Shown here: piece after piece, positions 47,429 through 56,432 of the stretch
Numbering within the stretch: position 1 is the first letter of the stretch
How the letters are laid out: each line of letters starts with the position of its first letter
IMG/VR virus record: IMGVR_UViG_3300012232_000010
Location: 1 to 64,000 of that record
Length of the DNA stretch: 64,000 bases
DNA from: a virus
Taxonomy: Duplodnaviria; Caudoviricetes
Strand: one strand, 5' to 3'
Program-made: the position numbers and the translations under genes
Notes under the pieces: model-generated
What the model saw: the letters and a program-made list of their open reading frames with translations, nothing else
Database searches by the model: none
Told to the model about the DNA's origin: nothing

Positions 47429-49324
47429 TCAAATATTTTCATTTTTAATATCCTTTTTGAACATTGAGAACTCATAATGCTTCGAGTTTTGCAAGATTAG
47501 GCTTTTAATAAATTCATGCTTTAACGGTCTACGATCCAACATTGTGAAACACGCTGCTAACTTATCTCCCTGATATTTTTGCTTTGCCATTAGTGCAAAA
47601 TCTTTTCTAGACAAATGATGCTCATTTTCTTCTACAAAGTTTCTAATATGATCGGTTATAGAATTCGCAATTTTTATACCATCATACATAGAACAAACCG
47701 CTGGCATTATCGTCGTCCAAGTTTCGAAATCATAATTCGTTTCGAAGTTGTGTTGGAACACGCAAAAATCTGGTCTATCCCACGCAAGCCATAAATCTAT
47801 TAACGATTCTGACTTAAGATTCGATTTCAGCGCATGTAGGATAAAATAGTTATCTGACTTACACTTAACTAAGTCTTGATCGTTGTTCATCCTTATAACA
47901 TACCCTTCAATCTCTTTTTCATTCTTAAGTTTTGCTATTAAATTTATAACATCGGCTTTATTCTTTAGATTGAAGTGCTTGACCAAAGAGATAGATGTTT
48001 CTTCAGATATCTTCTTAAGACCATGAATATCTATTAGATCAAAGTCCGTATCGAACCACTTCTTGTCTTTTCCGTGAAACACAGCGCCAACTAGATATAT
48101 CTCTGGCGAATCGTATTTTATCACTATCTGATTTCTTGGAGAGACCCATTCAAATAGTAAAGACATAAATGAATAGTACGACGGGTCCGCTAGTTTAGGA
48201 TACTTTTCAAGGAATCCTTGTATTTCATCCTTATTATCCAAACCAACTTCTAAAGAACCTCTCGTTCTAAACTTAACTTCTCCATTATGGACGTACCGTA
48301 TAAGAAGCGAGCCATCTATCTTCAGAGTAGCTAGAAGCCCTTTACCCTTCTCTATCTGGTCCAGCAAATCTTGCTCTGTTATTCTAGAATGGTCACAACC
48401 CTCTCCCAAATTGAAGAACTTTTTAAAGCCACACGAAATGACTTTATCATCAGCGTCTAAATGCAGTGACCTTAGCCATAATGAATCTTCAGATTTCCAA
48501 GCGGAATTGGAAACAGCAAATCCGGGCGTTATTAATCTTTCCCCATTGTTTCCTTCAGATATTTTGAATTCTTCTGGTATCATACAATTCCTTTTGAAAC
48601 CTTCCGTTTCGACTATTTCATAGTTTCCGTTTTCGATAACCATAGCTCTTAGAACTCCACCACCCGCACAACCACCATCTAGAGCAAAGTTCCAAGGAAC
48701 GGGATTGACGTTGAATGAACCTATATGGCCAGATAGAATATAGTACCCGCCAAGTAGAGTATCATACCAAATTCCCTTAGTTTCATCGAAATAGTTCTTT
48801 GGGTCAATTCCACGAATATAGATGCATGTTTCTTTAGTTTGGGAATCTATTGGATATCTAGTATCAATTCCTGCATGAACCACGTAGCAAGGCAAACCGT
48901 TTAAATCTGGTAGACGAATAATGTGTGGTAGAGCATCAATATAAAGTGCAAACCGCCATCTATCCATCGCCAAGTTTGGCGACTTAATAGTTATCTCGTC
49001 TATAGTTTTTTGTAGCGCTTTGCCAATAGTAACTTTATTACCAGTACACCATCGTCTAAACTTGTCATCATGGTTCCCGCAAACCGTGTATATATGATGT
49101 TCTTCATGAGGATTGTCTGGTGTAAAAGTATTCAAAACTTCGTAACACTGATCGCCTCTATCGACTAAATCTCCACACCCAACTATAACATCTGTTTGCT
49201 TATTGTAATTGCATTTGATTAGTAGATTTATGAATTGATCGTAACATCCGTGAATATCCCCAATAACTATAAATCGTTTATTCTTCAAGTGTGTTAGGTC
49301 TAAGATTTTAGCGATTTTTCTCAT
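47429..49324 (-). CDS. Fusion of metallophosphoesterase and T4 Rnl1-like RNA ligase
   Basis: GDIHG, GDLVDRG, GNHD, VHAG; then KFFNLGE, KIDGSL, FEWVSPRNQIV, EGYV, KCKS. Confidence 0.85.
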   Translation of the reverse strand: MRKIAKILDLTHLKNKRFIVIGDIHGCYDQFINLLIKCNYNKQTDVIVGCGDLVDRGDQCYEVLNTFTPDNPHEEHHIYTVCGNHDDKFRRWCTGNKVTIGKALQKTIDEITIKSPNLAMDRWRFALYIDALPHIIRLPDLNGLPCYVVHAGIDTRYPIDSQTKETCIYIRGIDPKNYFDETKGIWYDTLLGGYYILSGHIGSFNVNPVPWNFALDGGCAGGGVLRAMVIENGNYEIVETEGFKRNCMIPEEFKISEGNNGERLITPGFAVSNSAWKSEDSLWLRSLHLDADDKVISCGFKKFFNLGEGCDHSRITEQDLLDQIEKGKGLLATLKIDGSLLIRYVHNGEVKFRTRGSLEVGLDNKDEIQGFLEKYPKLADPSYYSFMSLLFEWVSPRNQIVIKYDSPEIYLVGAVFHGKDKKWFDTDFDLIDIHGLKKISEETSISLVKHFNLKNKADVINLIAKLKNEKEIEGYVIRMNNDQDLVKCKSDNYFILHALKSNLKSESLIDLWLAWDRPDFCVFQHNFETNYDFETWTTIMPAVCSMYDGIKIANSITDHIRNFVEENEHHLSRKDFALMAKQKYQGDKLAACFTMLDRRPLKHEFIKSLILQNSKHYEFSMFKKDIKNENI

Positions 49325-49325
49325 T

Positions 49326-49526
49326 TTATCTCCAATTCAGAGAAGCTTTCTTATATTTTCTTAATTGCTTAGACCGCTCATTCCTTCTAATTCTTTTTTC
49401 TGTAGCTAATCTATCTTCAGCTATCCAGAATGCTATTTGTTGCTGAATATCCCCATGACACATATAAAAATCAGGGATATCTCTTTCAAGTTCTTTAAGA
49501 ATATCTAATATATTTTGATTCAACAT
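49326..49526 (-). CDS. Hypothetical protein
   Basis: Coupled ORF. Confidence 0.4.
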   Translation of the reverse strand: MLNQNILDILKELERDIPDFYMCHGDIQQQIAFWIAEDRLATEKRIRRNERSKQLRKYKKASLNWR

Positions 49527-49527
49527 T

Positions 49528-50037
49528 CTATTCTCCGGTTTTCACTTCCACATATTCATCAAACTCATAATCTTCTATGGACTCAAATTGAGTCTTGAAC
49601 TGGTTTATTATTTCCTTATGCTTTTCGGTATCTCTTGAGTTGATGGTTGGATGATTTTGTCTTGTAGCCATTCTTTTCAGACACATTACTTCTGGCGCTG
49701 TAAAGTGATAGTATGTTATCTTATACTTAAAGTATTTTGCTGGCAATGTATATCTTAACCTTTGTAATCTTTGAAAATTCACACGATCAATAACAATGCG
49801 ATTACATCCTTCTATTAGAAGTTGAAGGAACTTTTTATAATGCGGAAATCTACCGAACTCATCTTGAGAGATTCTGTAATAATTATTGAGGCAATGCTGC
49901 GCATAGTAAGACTTTCCAGAACCCGGAAATCCTATTAGGATAGCCAAGACTCTTGGCTGCGGAGCAAAGGTCTTTTCGTGCTTCTGTTCCTTCTCTTGCT
50001 TTATCTTCTGTCTTACTTTTTTATTCTTCTTTGGCAT
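49528..50037 (-). CDS. P-loop polynucleotide kinase-like protein (AAA_33)
   Basis: GFPGSGKS, ISQD, IDRVN...QR, C..R...R..HP. Confidence 0.8.
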   Translation of the reverse strand: MPKKNKKVRQKIKQEKEQKHEKTFAPQPRVLAILIGFPGSGKSYYAQHCLNNYYRISQDEFGRFPHYKKFLQLLIEGCNRIVIDRVNFQRLQRLRYTLPAKYFKYKITYYHFTAPEVMCLKRMATRQNHPTINSRDTEKHKEIINQFKTQFESIEDYEFDEYVEVKTGE

Positions 50038-50275
50038 TTTGATTTCTCAATTTTTCTAGAATTAGTTTCTTTTCTTGTTCTAATTTTACTAAATCTATTT
50101 CGAAATATTCTGCAAGAATTTCTTCTATTGTGTTATTAACTGGCCTATAGCCATCATAGGTTAAATCGAAAAAACACAATCTCCTACATTTGGTTCTTTG
50201 CCAGTCCAAAAATTCGCCTATAACTTGGGACTTATGAGTCGATATATTAAGCTTTTTATGTTCGGGATACTTCAT
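50021..50275 (-). CDS. Hypothetical phage protein
   Basis: YPEH.KL, SQ.IGEFLDW, LAEYFEID. Confidence 0.55.
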   Translation of the reverse strand: MKYPEHKKLNISTHKSQVIGEFLDWQRTKCRRLCFFDLTYDGYRPVNNTIEEILAEYFEIDLVKLEQEKKLILEKLRNQNAKEE

Positions 50276-50706
50276 CTTATTTCCTTATCTCTTATTAGGA
50301 TTCCTTTCAAGTGATCGTATTCGTGTTGAAACACTACAGCCTCTATACCTTTAAGAACTCTATCGTTGATTATATCGCCGTGTTCATTATAATAGGCAAC
50401 AGTAATCTCTTTCCATCTCCTAACTCTATACGAAGCACCGGGAATAGATAGACAAGATTCTTCTGACCAAATCTTACTTGATCCGGATATTATAATAGGA
50501 TTGATGATAATTTCTTCTGTATTAAATACAAAAAATCTCAAATCATAGCCCACTTGTGGCGCAGCCAATCCTAGACCTTTATGGAAGGCGCATGTCTCTT
50601 TAATGTCTTTTATGGCCTGTTCTACAGCTTCAGTCATTGGAAACTCTACCGAATCACAATTAGCTCTTAGGATTTCATGTGGGTACTTGACTATTTCTAA
50701 AATCAT
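50272..50706 (-). CDS. def: Peptide deformylase
   Basis: GLGLAAPQVG, ESCLS, QHEYDHLKG. Confidence 0.95.
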   Translation of the reverse strand: MILEIVKYPHEILRANCDSVEFPMTEAVEQAIKDIKETCAFHKGLGLAAPQVGYDLRFFVFNTEEIIINPIIISGSSKIWSEESCLSIPGASYRVRRWKEITVAYYNEHGDIINDRVLKGIEAVVFQHEYDHLKGILIRDKEIR

Positions 50707-50801
50707 ACAATCTCCAATTATTTAAAGTATCACTTTACTAAACATGTTTGTGTATAATATACTGTAGAAGTTTACCGTTTTCTTTTAATGGGGAATTAAA
50801 A

Positions 50802-51335
50802 ATGATTAAACCAACTTTAGCAATAGTTTCGTTTGTTTTTATAAGTCTTTTTTCTGGTTGCACAGCCTCTTTTCTATCACCGGCACAGGGTATGGGCGTA
50901 GAACAGCCCAAAATCCATTTCAAGAAAACCAGAACATCACTAGAAGCTTCTGCTAGTTCAAATTTCTCTGGTGATCTAAAATTTAACGGCGAATACGACA
51001 AAGAAGGCGGCAACTTTAAGGGTGAGCTAGAAGCCCACGTTAATTCTGACGCCTCAACTGTTACCGAAGCACAGGTCGAAAAGATCAAGGCTATGGAAAA
51101 CGCATACAACAAGTATGCCGACAATATGACAGCAATCGCTATTGCACAAGCGCAAGCTATGCAAAAGGCTGTTGAAGGCATAACCAATATGATCCCCGGT
51201 GCTATTGGCGCTCTTAATCCAGCACCACAACCAGACGGTCCCGGCCCTCTTGAAAATATTACCACTCTATGGAACTCCCTTACACCAGAACAGAAGCAAG
51301 CGTTCTTGGATAAGTTCCTTACTCATAATCCCTAA
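50802..51335 (+). CDS. Predicted lipoprotein, the only plus-strand gene
   Basis: Hydrophobic N-terminus with FSGC lipobox; GGGGA RBS; upstream TATAAT; fills the gap between def and the ligase. Confidence 0.7.
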   Translation: MIKPTLAIVSFVFISLFSGCTASFLSPAQGMGVEQPKIHFKKTRTSLEASASSNFSGDLKFNGEYDKEGGNFKGELEAHVNSDASTVTEAQVEKIKAMENAYNKYADNMTAIAIAQAQAMQKAVEGITNMIPGAIGALNPAPQPDGPGPLENITTLWNSLTPEQKQAFLDKFLTHNP

Positions 51336-52431
51336 TTGAGACTCCAACGGGAAACCGTGGTACAGAGCCATTCGTATAGCCTTGGAATCTCACAGTAAGC
51401 ATCTTTCCCAAAACTTTTTTAGGGTTGTCTAGATACTCTTTGAGTTTATCTAGCGACCCTTCTTTTTTACAATCAAACGAATTATCATCTTTAGTCACAC
51501 ATTCAAATACAGCGCATTGAGCCATCCTGCCGCGTCCGGGTTTTACCCCAACGATTCTGAACTCCGCATCATCGAATTCTTTTAGCTTTTGAAGATGATA
51601 CGATCTTTTATTTTCATAAATAGCTTGAGAATTTCTTGCTATAGACCCCTCATAACCATTAGACCTATCTTCTTCAAAGCATAGCATCAATTCTTGTGGA
51701 TCATTAACTATTCTTGTATCAACCTTAACAATTCTATCGGTTTTAAAATTTATACTATTTATAACCAATAATCTTTGTTCAAAAGGTAAATTTGTATCCA
51801 CTAGATCATATATATGATATTGTACAACTTCATGACCTTCTTTTGGACTTTCTGATCTTACGAAAGATACAATCTCTTCAAATTTATCTTTATAGTCGTG
51901 GTTATACAATTCGCCATCGAATATTATTAGATTTGGACTAGTTATACGTTTCTCTATAGCCGCAACAATATGAGGCATACTGTTTATAGGCTTTCTTGTG
52001 CGGGACCACAAAGTGCATACACCGTTATCAACCATAGCTATACACCTTATACCGTCTAGCTTGGGTTGGGAATATGCTGGATATTTAATCTTGTACCCTT
52101 GTTTACTGAAAGTTTGAGCCAACATTGGCTCAATACCGCCAGTAACAAATTTAGTATCTACTTCACTTTTTTGGGCTTTGCCCAAAGTCTTAACATAACC
52201 ACTCTTAAGTTTCTTTTCCCATTGGGCTTGGGCTTCTTTTACAGCCTGTTCTTGTGGGGTTGTAGCATTAGCCCTTCCAATATTCTTGCCTTTTTCTATA
52301 ACATCGGATGTGGTTTGAATTTTACCACCGACTTGCCCGTATTCCTTTGTTATAGTATTTCCTTTAACGGAAATTGTCCATTGTTGAACAGACCCATTAC
52401 TATTCAAAGAATATAAAGTATCGAAAGTCAT
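51319..52431 (-). CDS. ATP-dependent DNA ligase with WGR-like N-terminal domain
   Basis: PMLA, QPKLDGIRC, DGELY, YD, EG, KR...L.KLK, PRFP. Confidence 0.92.
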   Translation of the reverse strand: MTFDTLYSLNSNGSVQQWTISVKGNTITKEYGQVGGKIQTTSDVIEKGKNIGRANATTPQEQAVKEAQAQWEKKLKSGYVKTLGKAQKSEVDTKFVTGGIEPMLAQTFSKQGYKIKYPAYSQPKLDGIRCIAMVDNGVCTLWSRTRKPINSMPHIVAAIEKRITSPNLIIFDGELYNHDYKDKFEEIVSFVRSESPKEGHEVVQYHIYDLVDTNLPFEQRLLVINSINFKTDRIVKVDTRIVNDPQELMLCFEEDRSNGYEGSIARNSQAIYENKRSYHLQKLKEFDDAEFRIVGVKPGRGRMAQCAVFECVTKDDNSFDCKKEGSLDKLKEYLDNPKKVLGKMLTVRFQGYTNGSVPRFPVGVSIRDYE

Positions 52432-52625
52432 TATGGATTATACCTCTTTCCCTTGCTTGGGTGTTTCATAATATCACTTTCTATCCACACCTTGAGTCTT
52501 GCTTCTAACTTATCTAAGGCTTCTGTAGATACGCTTGTGAGTTCTTTTTCCATTCCGGGTCGCAGAGCGGCCAGCTTAGCCATGATAAATTTCTTAACAG
52601 CACTTCTATTTAGAAGACTTGACAT
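52431..52625 (-). CDS. 64-aa basic protein, possible histone fold
   Basis: MSSLLNRSAVKKFI...VSTEALDKLEARL...GK; GGAG RBS. Confidence 0.45.
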   Translation of the reverse strand: MSSLLNRSAVKKFIMAKLAALRPGMEKELTSVSTEALDKLEARLKVWIESDIMKHPSKGKRYNP

Positions 52626-52971
52626 TCTTATTCTCCAGAAATGTTTTTTTGACACATGCGGCAATTTGCTTGAAAGAAAGATTATCATTATCATTCAATA
52701 CAGATGCGTATTTCTTTTCTTCATTACTAATTAATATTGGATCAGGAGAATCGAATCCAAACCATTTTCTTACTTCATCCGGCAAATCGCATTCATCATC
52801 AATAAAACAAGACCCATCCCAATGCCCTTTTCCTGTATTTTGTTGGTAAACATCACAGGCTACACCCAAGCAGCATCTACCAGATTCGTCTTTTAGGCAA
52901 CCAGTAGTTTGCTTTTTCGCCCTCATTAAAGCGTCATACCATAATTGAATTCTAGTCTTAATAGGTTTCAT
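52606..52971 (-). CDS. Hypothetical protein (CCLGVAC family), paralog A
   Basis: W..AL, CCLGVACDVY, LP.EV..WFG, LND...SF..IA. Confidence 0.65.
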   Translation of the reverse strand: MKPIKTRIQLWYDALMRAKKQTTGCLKDESGRCCLGVACDVYQQNTGKGHWDGSCFIDDECDLPDEVRKWFGFDSPDPILISNEEKKYASVLNDNDNLSFKQIAACVKKTFLENKNVKSSK

Positions 52972-52990
52972 ACCACCCTCCTAAATTTAG

Positions 52991-53347
52991 TTATTCATTT
53001 CTTAGATAAGTATCTCTTACGCATTCTGCAATTTCTCTAAAGGATAGTTTTTCAGAATCATTCAACGAACTAGCGGTTTTATCAAGTCCGTCATGATTCA
53101 AATAAGGATCGCACGATTCTAGACCAAACCACTCTTGAACTTCAAGGGGTAGAGTATCTCCTTCTCCTTGAAATTTTAATGCTCCATCGTTGTCTTCCCA
53201 ATACCCTTTTCCAGTATTTTGTTTATAAACATCGCAAGCTACACCTAGACAGCATCTTCCATTTTCATCCTTTAGACACTCTCTTGTTTGATCAGTTGCC
53301 TTTAGGAGCGCTCTATACCACAGTCTAATTCTATTTGCATTAGCCAT
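52991..53347 (-). CDS. Hypothetical protein (CCLGVAC family), paralog B
   Basis: Same motifs as the adjacent paralog. Confidence 0.65.
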   Translation of the reverse strand: MANANRIRLWYRALLKATDQTRECLKDENGRCCLGVACDVYKQNTGKGYWEDNDGALKFQGEGDTLPLEVQEWFGLESCDPYLNHDGLDKTASSLNDSEKLSFREIAECVRDTYLRNE

Positions 53348-53350
53348 ATT

Positions 53351-53623
53351 CTATCCTTTCATTAAATCTTCAAGTTCCTTGTTAACCTTATCAATAATCA
53401 ACTGCTTAGCATCGGTAATATCCTCCCTGAAAGCGTCAATCCATAGAGATTTACCGTCTTGCCAAATCTTACAACCCCTACCTAATAGTGGACAATTCAA
53501 TCTATATGAGAATACTTTGTTGATATTTCTGGCATAGTAAAAATCCATAAAAACATCTTTACCATCCGGATGGCATAAACCATTAGACACAATTATATTC
53601 CATATACTATCTGCTGTAATCAT
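53351..53623 (-). CDS. Hypothetical protein
   Basis: Coupled ORF. Confidence 0.5.
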   Translation of the reverse strand: MITADSIWNIIVSNGLCHPDGKDVFMDFYYARNINKVFSYRLNCPLLGRGCKIWQDGKSLWIDAFREDITDAKQLIIDKVNKELEDLMKG

Positions 53624-53823
53624 GGATCAAATCTTCCTGTATCATTTTGGAAATACGCCCAATCACTAAGATCGGTATCTCCATCATTTTCATAATCGGT
53701 ATAGAACCAACAATCCCATTCTGGGTCTTCCGGAGTTTCCGGCCTTTCCCAACCGGGTCTGACTAATGGACCAGTCCAACATTGAAACATCATAGCTGCT
53801 GCTACCAATAATGATCCGCCCAT
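53620..53823 (-). CDS. Small protein with planctomycete-type dockerin/EF-hand-like motif
   Basis: FQCWTGP ... C...DYENDGDTDLSDWAYFQN. Confidence 0.55.
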   Translation of the reverse strand: MGGSLLVAAAMMFQCWTGPLVRPGWERPETPEDPEWDCWFYTDYENDGDTDLSDWAYFQNDTGRFDP

Positions 53824-53824
53824 A

Positions 53825-54019
53825 TTACGCCCTTTCTCGTAACTTGGTTTTATTTCTAACTACTACAGAATGTTCTGGTTTTAAAACTTTTGAAGTTGTT
53901 GTCCCTAGAGCGGATTCTATTTCTGACATTGCTTTTTCACACTCTGGACCCATAAAACCCATTCCTTCGAGTTTGCAATTTCCATTTTCATCTATGTCTA
54001 TAACTATTTCTTTTGCCAT
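53825..54019 (-). CDS. DUF2997-like protein
   Basis: I.I.IDENG.....G.GF.G.EC......IE.ALG......KPE. Confidence 0.75.
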   Translation of the reverse strand: MAKEIVIDIDENGNCKLEGMGFMGPECEKAMSEIESALGTTTSKVLKPEHSVVVRNKTKLRERA

Positions 54020-54022
54020 ATA

Positions 54023-54538
54023 TTAACTCCTACTTTTAATGATTCCTGTTGGAGAGTTACCCTTTTTTATATCTAAGATTTCTTTTGTTCCGTTCTTGAA
54101 ATAAATTATGCATTTCGCGCTGCTCCAACCCATATATTCTTTTGCGGGGCAACCATAGATGCAAGGTTCTGGATAAGCATCCCATTGTGATGCTCCGTAC
54201 CATCTATCTCCACAACAACTGCAATCTAGACCTTCGGACACACCATCAAAATATATACCGGCTTTTCGCTTTGCTATAAAATTAGCTTCTTCAGAATCTT
54301 CTGCTTCTACTATAACATATTCAGCAACATCATCGCTTACATCAAAAGTGCCGCCAGAATTATTCTGTCTAAAGGTGTAAAACGAATTTTCAACCTTTGA
54401 ATTGTTTTCTGTAAGCTTCCCAGATTTCTTTTCTCTCATCCTTATTCTCCAAAACAGAAAGTACGCCACACAAAGAATTCTTTCTACCAACCGACCTGTT
54501 GAAATTATCTGTAGGATTACAGATCGCAATATATTCAC
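54023..54538 (-). CDS. Hypothetical phage protein (true start probably near 54400)
   Basis: FRQNNSGG.F, GIYFDG, DCSCCGDRW. Confidence 0.6.
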   Translation of the reverse strand: MNILRSVILQIISTGRLVERILCVAYFLFWRIRMREKKSGKLTENNSKVENSFYTFRQNNSGGTFDVSDDVAEYVIVEAEDSEEANFIAKRKAGIYFDGVSEGLDCSCCGDRWYGASQWDAYPEPCIYGCPAKEYMGWSSAKCIIYFKNGTKEILDIKKGNSPTGIIKSRS

Positions 54539-54695
54539 CAGCTATTAAATCTGGATTATCCTGACTATATATTCTAGCTATTGTACATCTTCGTTGCTCA
54601 CCGAAAGGTAAAGATATACCCCATTCTGTTAATTGTTCGCAAGATAGTGTTTTGTGATAGAACTTAATTTTGTATTTTTCTGTCGTTAGGGCCAC
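54390..54695 (-). CDS. Hypothetical phage protein
   Basis: A.CNP.DNF.RS.GRK. Confidence 0.55.
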   Translation of the reverse strand: MALTTEKYKIKFYHKTLSCEQLTEWGISLPFGEQRRCTIARIYSQDNPDLIAGEYIAICNPTDNFNRSVGRKNSLCGVLSVLENKDERKEIWEAYRKQFKG

Positions 54696-54696
54696 A

Positions 54697-54888
54697 TTAA
54701 TCTCCTATTTCTGTACACTCATCTATTTCTATATCGTCAAGTCCGAAGTATTCGATTTCAGGATCACCGGCTTCCGGATCATCTTGAACCATTTCCGTAG
54801 CATGTTCTTCATCTTTTGCCTGAATAATAATTTCGCCATTAACGTTTTGTACACCATGCCACTTGATTTTAAATGTCGGCATCATCAT
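54697..54888 (-). CDS. Acidic hypothetical protein
   Basis: I.A.DEE.A.E motif. Confidence 0.45.
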   Translation of the reverse strand: MMMPTFKIKWHGVQNVNGEIIIQAKDEEHATEMVQDDPEAGDPEIEYFGLDDIEIDECTEIGD

Positions 54889-55126
54889 CTCCTAATTCGT
54901 TACCATTCTCATCTATTTGAAAAAACTCTGGATCAGACCCTTGATTCATTAATTCTTCAGCGCATTCTTTTCCTGTTAACTCTTGTGTTTTAATATGATT
55001 GAAAACAGCGCTGCATCCACCACTAGTAATTTCATAAGCTATTTCCTCTACGCTCATCCATTCTGGAATTTTTTCTTCTGACAAAACTTCTATTTCGTAG
55101 ACTGTCTTATAGAATTTTCTAGGCAT
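54869..55126 (-). CDS. Hypothetical protein
   Basis: EVLSE, QGSDPEFFQIDENGN. Confidence 0.55.
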   Translation of the reverse strand: MPRKFYKTVYEIEVLSEEKIPEWMSVEEIAYEITSGGCSAVFNHIKTQELTGKECAEELMNQGSDPEFFQIDENGNELGDDDADI

Positions 55127-55418
55127 TTAGAGTCTCCAAAGTTTTTTGTAATTCTCTGATGTTTTTCTTATTCCATGCAACCTCAGCCTTTAAATTCTTC
55201 TGAAGTTTTTCCTTTGCATTTTTTAATTCTTTGTACCAAATATATCTTATATCTCGTCTAAATAATGGCCAATATTGATCGTTGAAATGGATTCTATCAT
55301 TTTGCGGATATCGCTTATTAATATAGATTTCTTCACACACAAAGGATTTAATTTCATTGCGTTCTATCTTATAGTAAGTTTGTCCTCTTTTAAATCTAAA
55401 TCCATCAGTTGTTTTCAT
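55119..55418 (-). CDS. Hypothetical protein
   Basis: Coupled ORF. Confidence 0.5.
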   Translation of the reverse strand: MKTTDGFRFKRGQTYYKIERNEIKSFVCEEIYINKRYPQNDRIHFNDQYWPLFRRDIRYIWYKELKNAKEKLQKNLKAEVAWNKKNIRELQKTLETLNA

Positions 55419-55662
55419 AATATTCTCCCCCCGGTTGGAACATTCCGATTTCTTTCTCTATTGCATTTTCTCGATTTTTGTCCGATCCAACTACTTCGCC
55501 AGTCTTGGCGTGAATTATTTCCCATAATTGTTCTTGTTCATTGAACTCTACATTACTGGCTTTTTTAACGTTGGTGATTTTTCCGATTTCGTAAAGATTT
55601 ACGAAATCATTATATAGAGTTGACACATTTCCTTCTTCATCAATTTCGATAGTTGGAATCAT
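55405..55662 (-). CDS. Small protein of the type I recall beside Ycf46/DUF1257/DUF2997 genes
   Basis: IDEEGNV..LY....L..IG.....KASNVEF.....W, R..A...E. Confidence 0.55.
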   Translation of the reverse strand: MIPTIEIDEEGNVSTLYNDFVNLYEIGKITNVKKASNVEFNEQEQLWEIIHAKTGEVVGSDKNRENAIEKEIGMFQPGGEYYENN

Positions 55663-55672
55663 TTCATCATCC

Positions 55673-55900
55673 TTAAACAGGAAATAGTTCTACAAGTGAT
55701 TCTGGAATCATGCAAGGCCCAGAAACAACATCGGTTTTACCCGATCCGCACTTCTTGCAAAGAACACTAGTTGTATAAGTCTTAACTTCTTCCTTTTTGA
55801 TCATGGTACTTTTGACAAACGCGGGTGCCTTTCCGCATGTTTGACATTCTGATAGTGTCCACTTACCATTAATTGTTTTTCCAGCGATTCTTTTTCTCAT
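55673..55900 (-). CDS. Zinc-ribbon hypothetical protein
   Basis: CQTCG...CKKCG. Confidence 0.5.
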   Translation of the reverse strand: MRKRIAGKTINGKWTLSECQTCGKAPAFVKSTMIKKEEVKTYTTSVLCKKCGSGKTDVVSGPCMIPESLVELFPV

Positions 55901-55907
55901 AGTCTAT

Positions 55908-56432
55908 TCACCTTTCTATATGGGTCCATGTTTTATTTTGTTTTATATAATAAATGCTTCTGATTGAGATATTGAATTTTTTTGCTATATTAGAACAACT
56001 TTCATGAAGTTCTAATAATTTTAGAATCTTTTTTACTTTATTGTCATTTAATATTGCTTTCCACTGGTTTGACCCCCTATTATCTACTCTTGTGCCATGC
56101 TTTTTTGAATCTTCTTGATTTTCTTTTTTAGTACCCCAACACAAATTTGTTAATTCATTATTCCAAGGTTTTCCATCTAAATGTCTGCACTCCATTCCCG
56201 GAGGACATTGACTAATAAAAGTTTCTAAAACTAACCTGTGAATAAAATATTGTTTTTGATTTGTATTTTTGGAAAGATACACGCATTCATGCCCATACTT
56301 ACTCCGTTTGACTGGTTTTAATATTCTGTCATTTTTTCGTTTAAATCCTTTTAATCTTTTGATTCTACCAAGATTAGAAACGGAATATAATCCTTCATAA
56401 TTACGGATATTTTTCCATCGTTCTATTATCAT
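55908..56432 (-). CDS. NUMOD4-HNH homing endonuclease
   Basis: WKNIRNYEGLYSVSNLGRIK (NUMOD4); HRLV...F, HLDG...NN...NL.W (HNH); C-terminal HTH. Confidence 0.9.
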   Translation of the reverse strand: MIIERWKNIRNYEGLYSVSNLGRIKRLKGFKRKNDRILKPVKRSKYGHECVYLSKNTNQKQYFIHRLVLETFISQCPPGMECRHLDGKPWNNELTNLCWGTKKENQEDSKKHGTRVDNRGSNQWKAILNDNKVKKILKLLELHESCSNIAKKFNISIRSIYYIKQNKTWTHIER

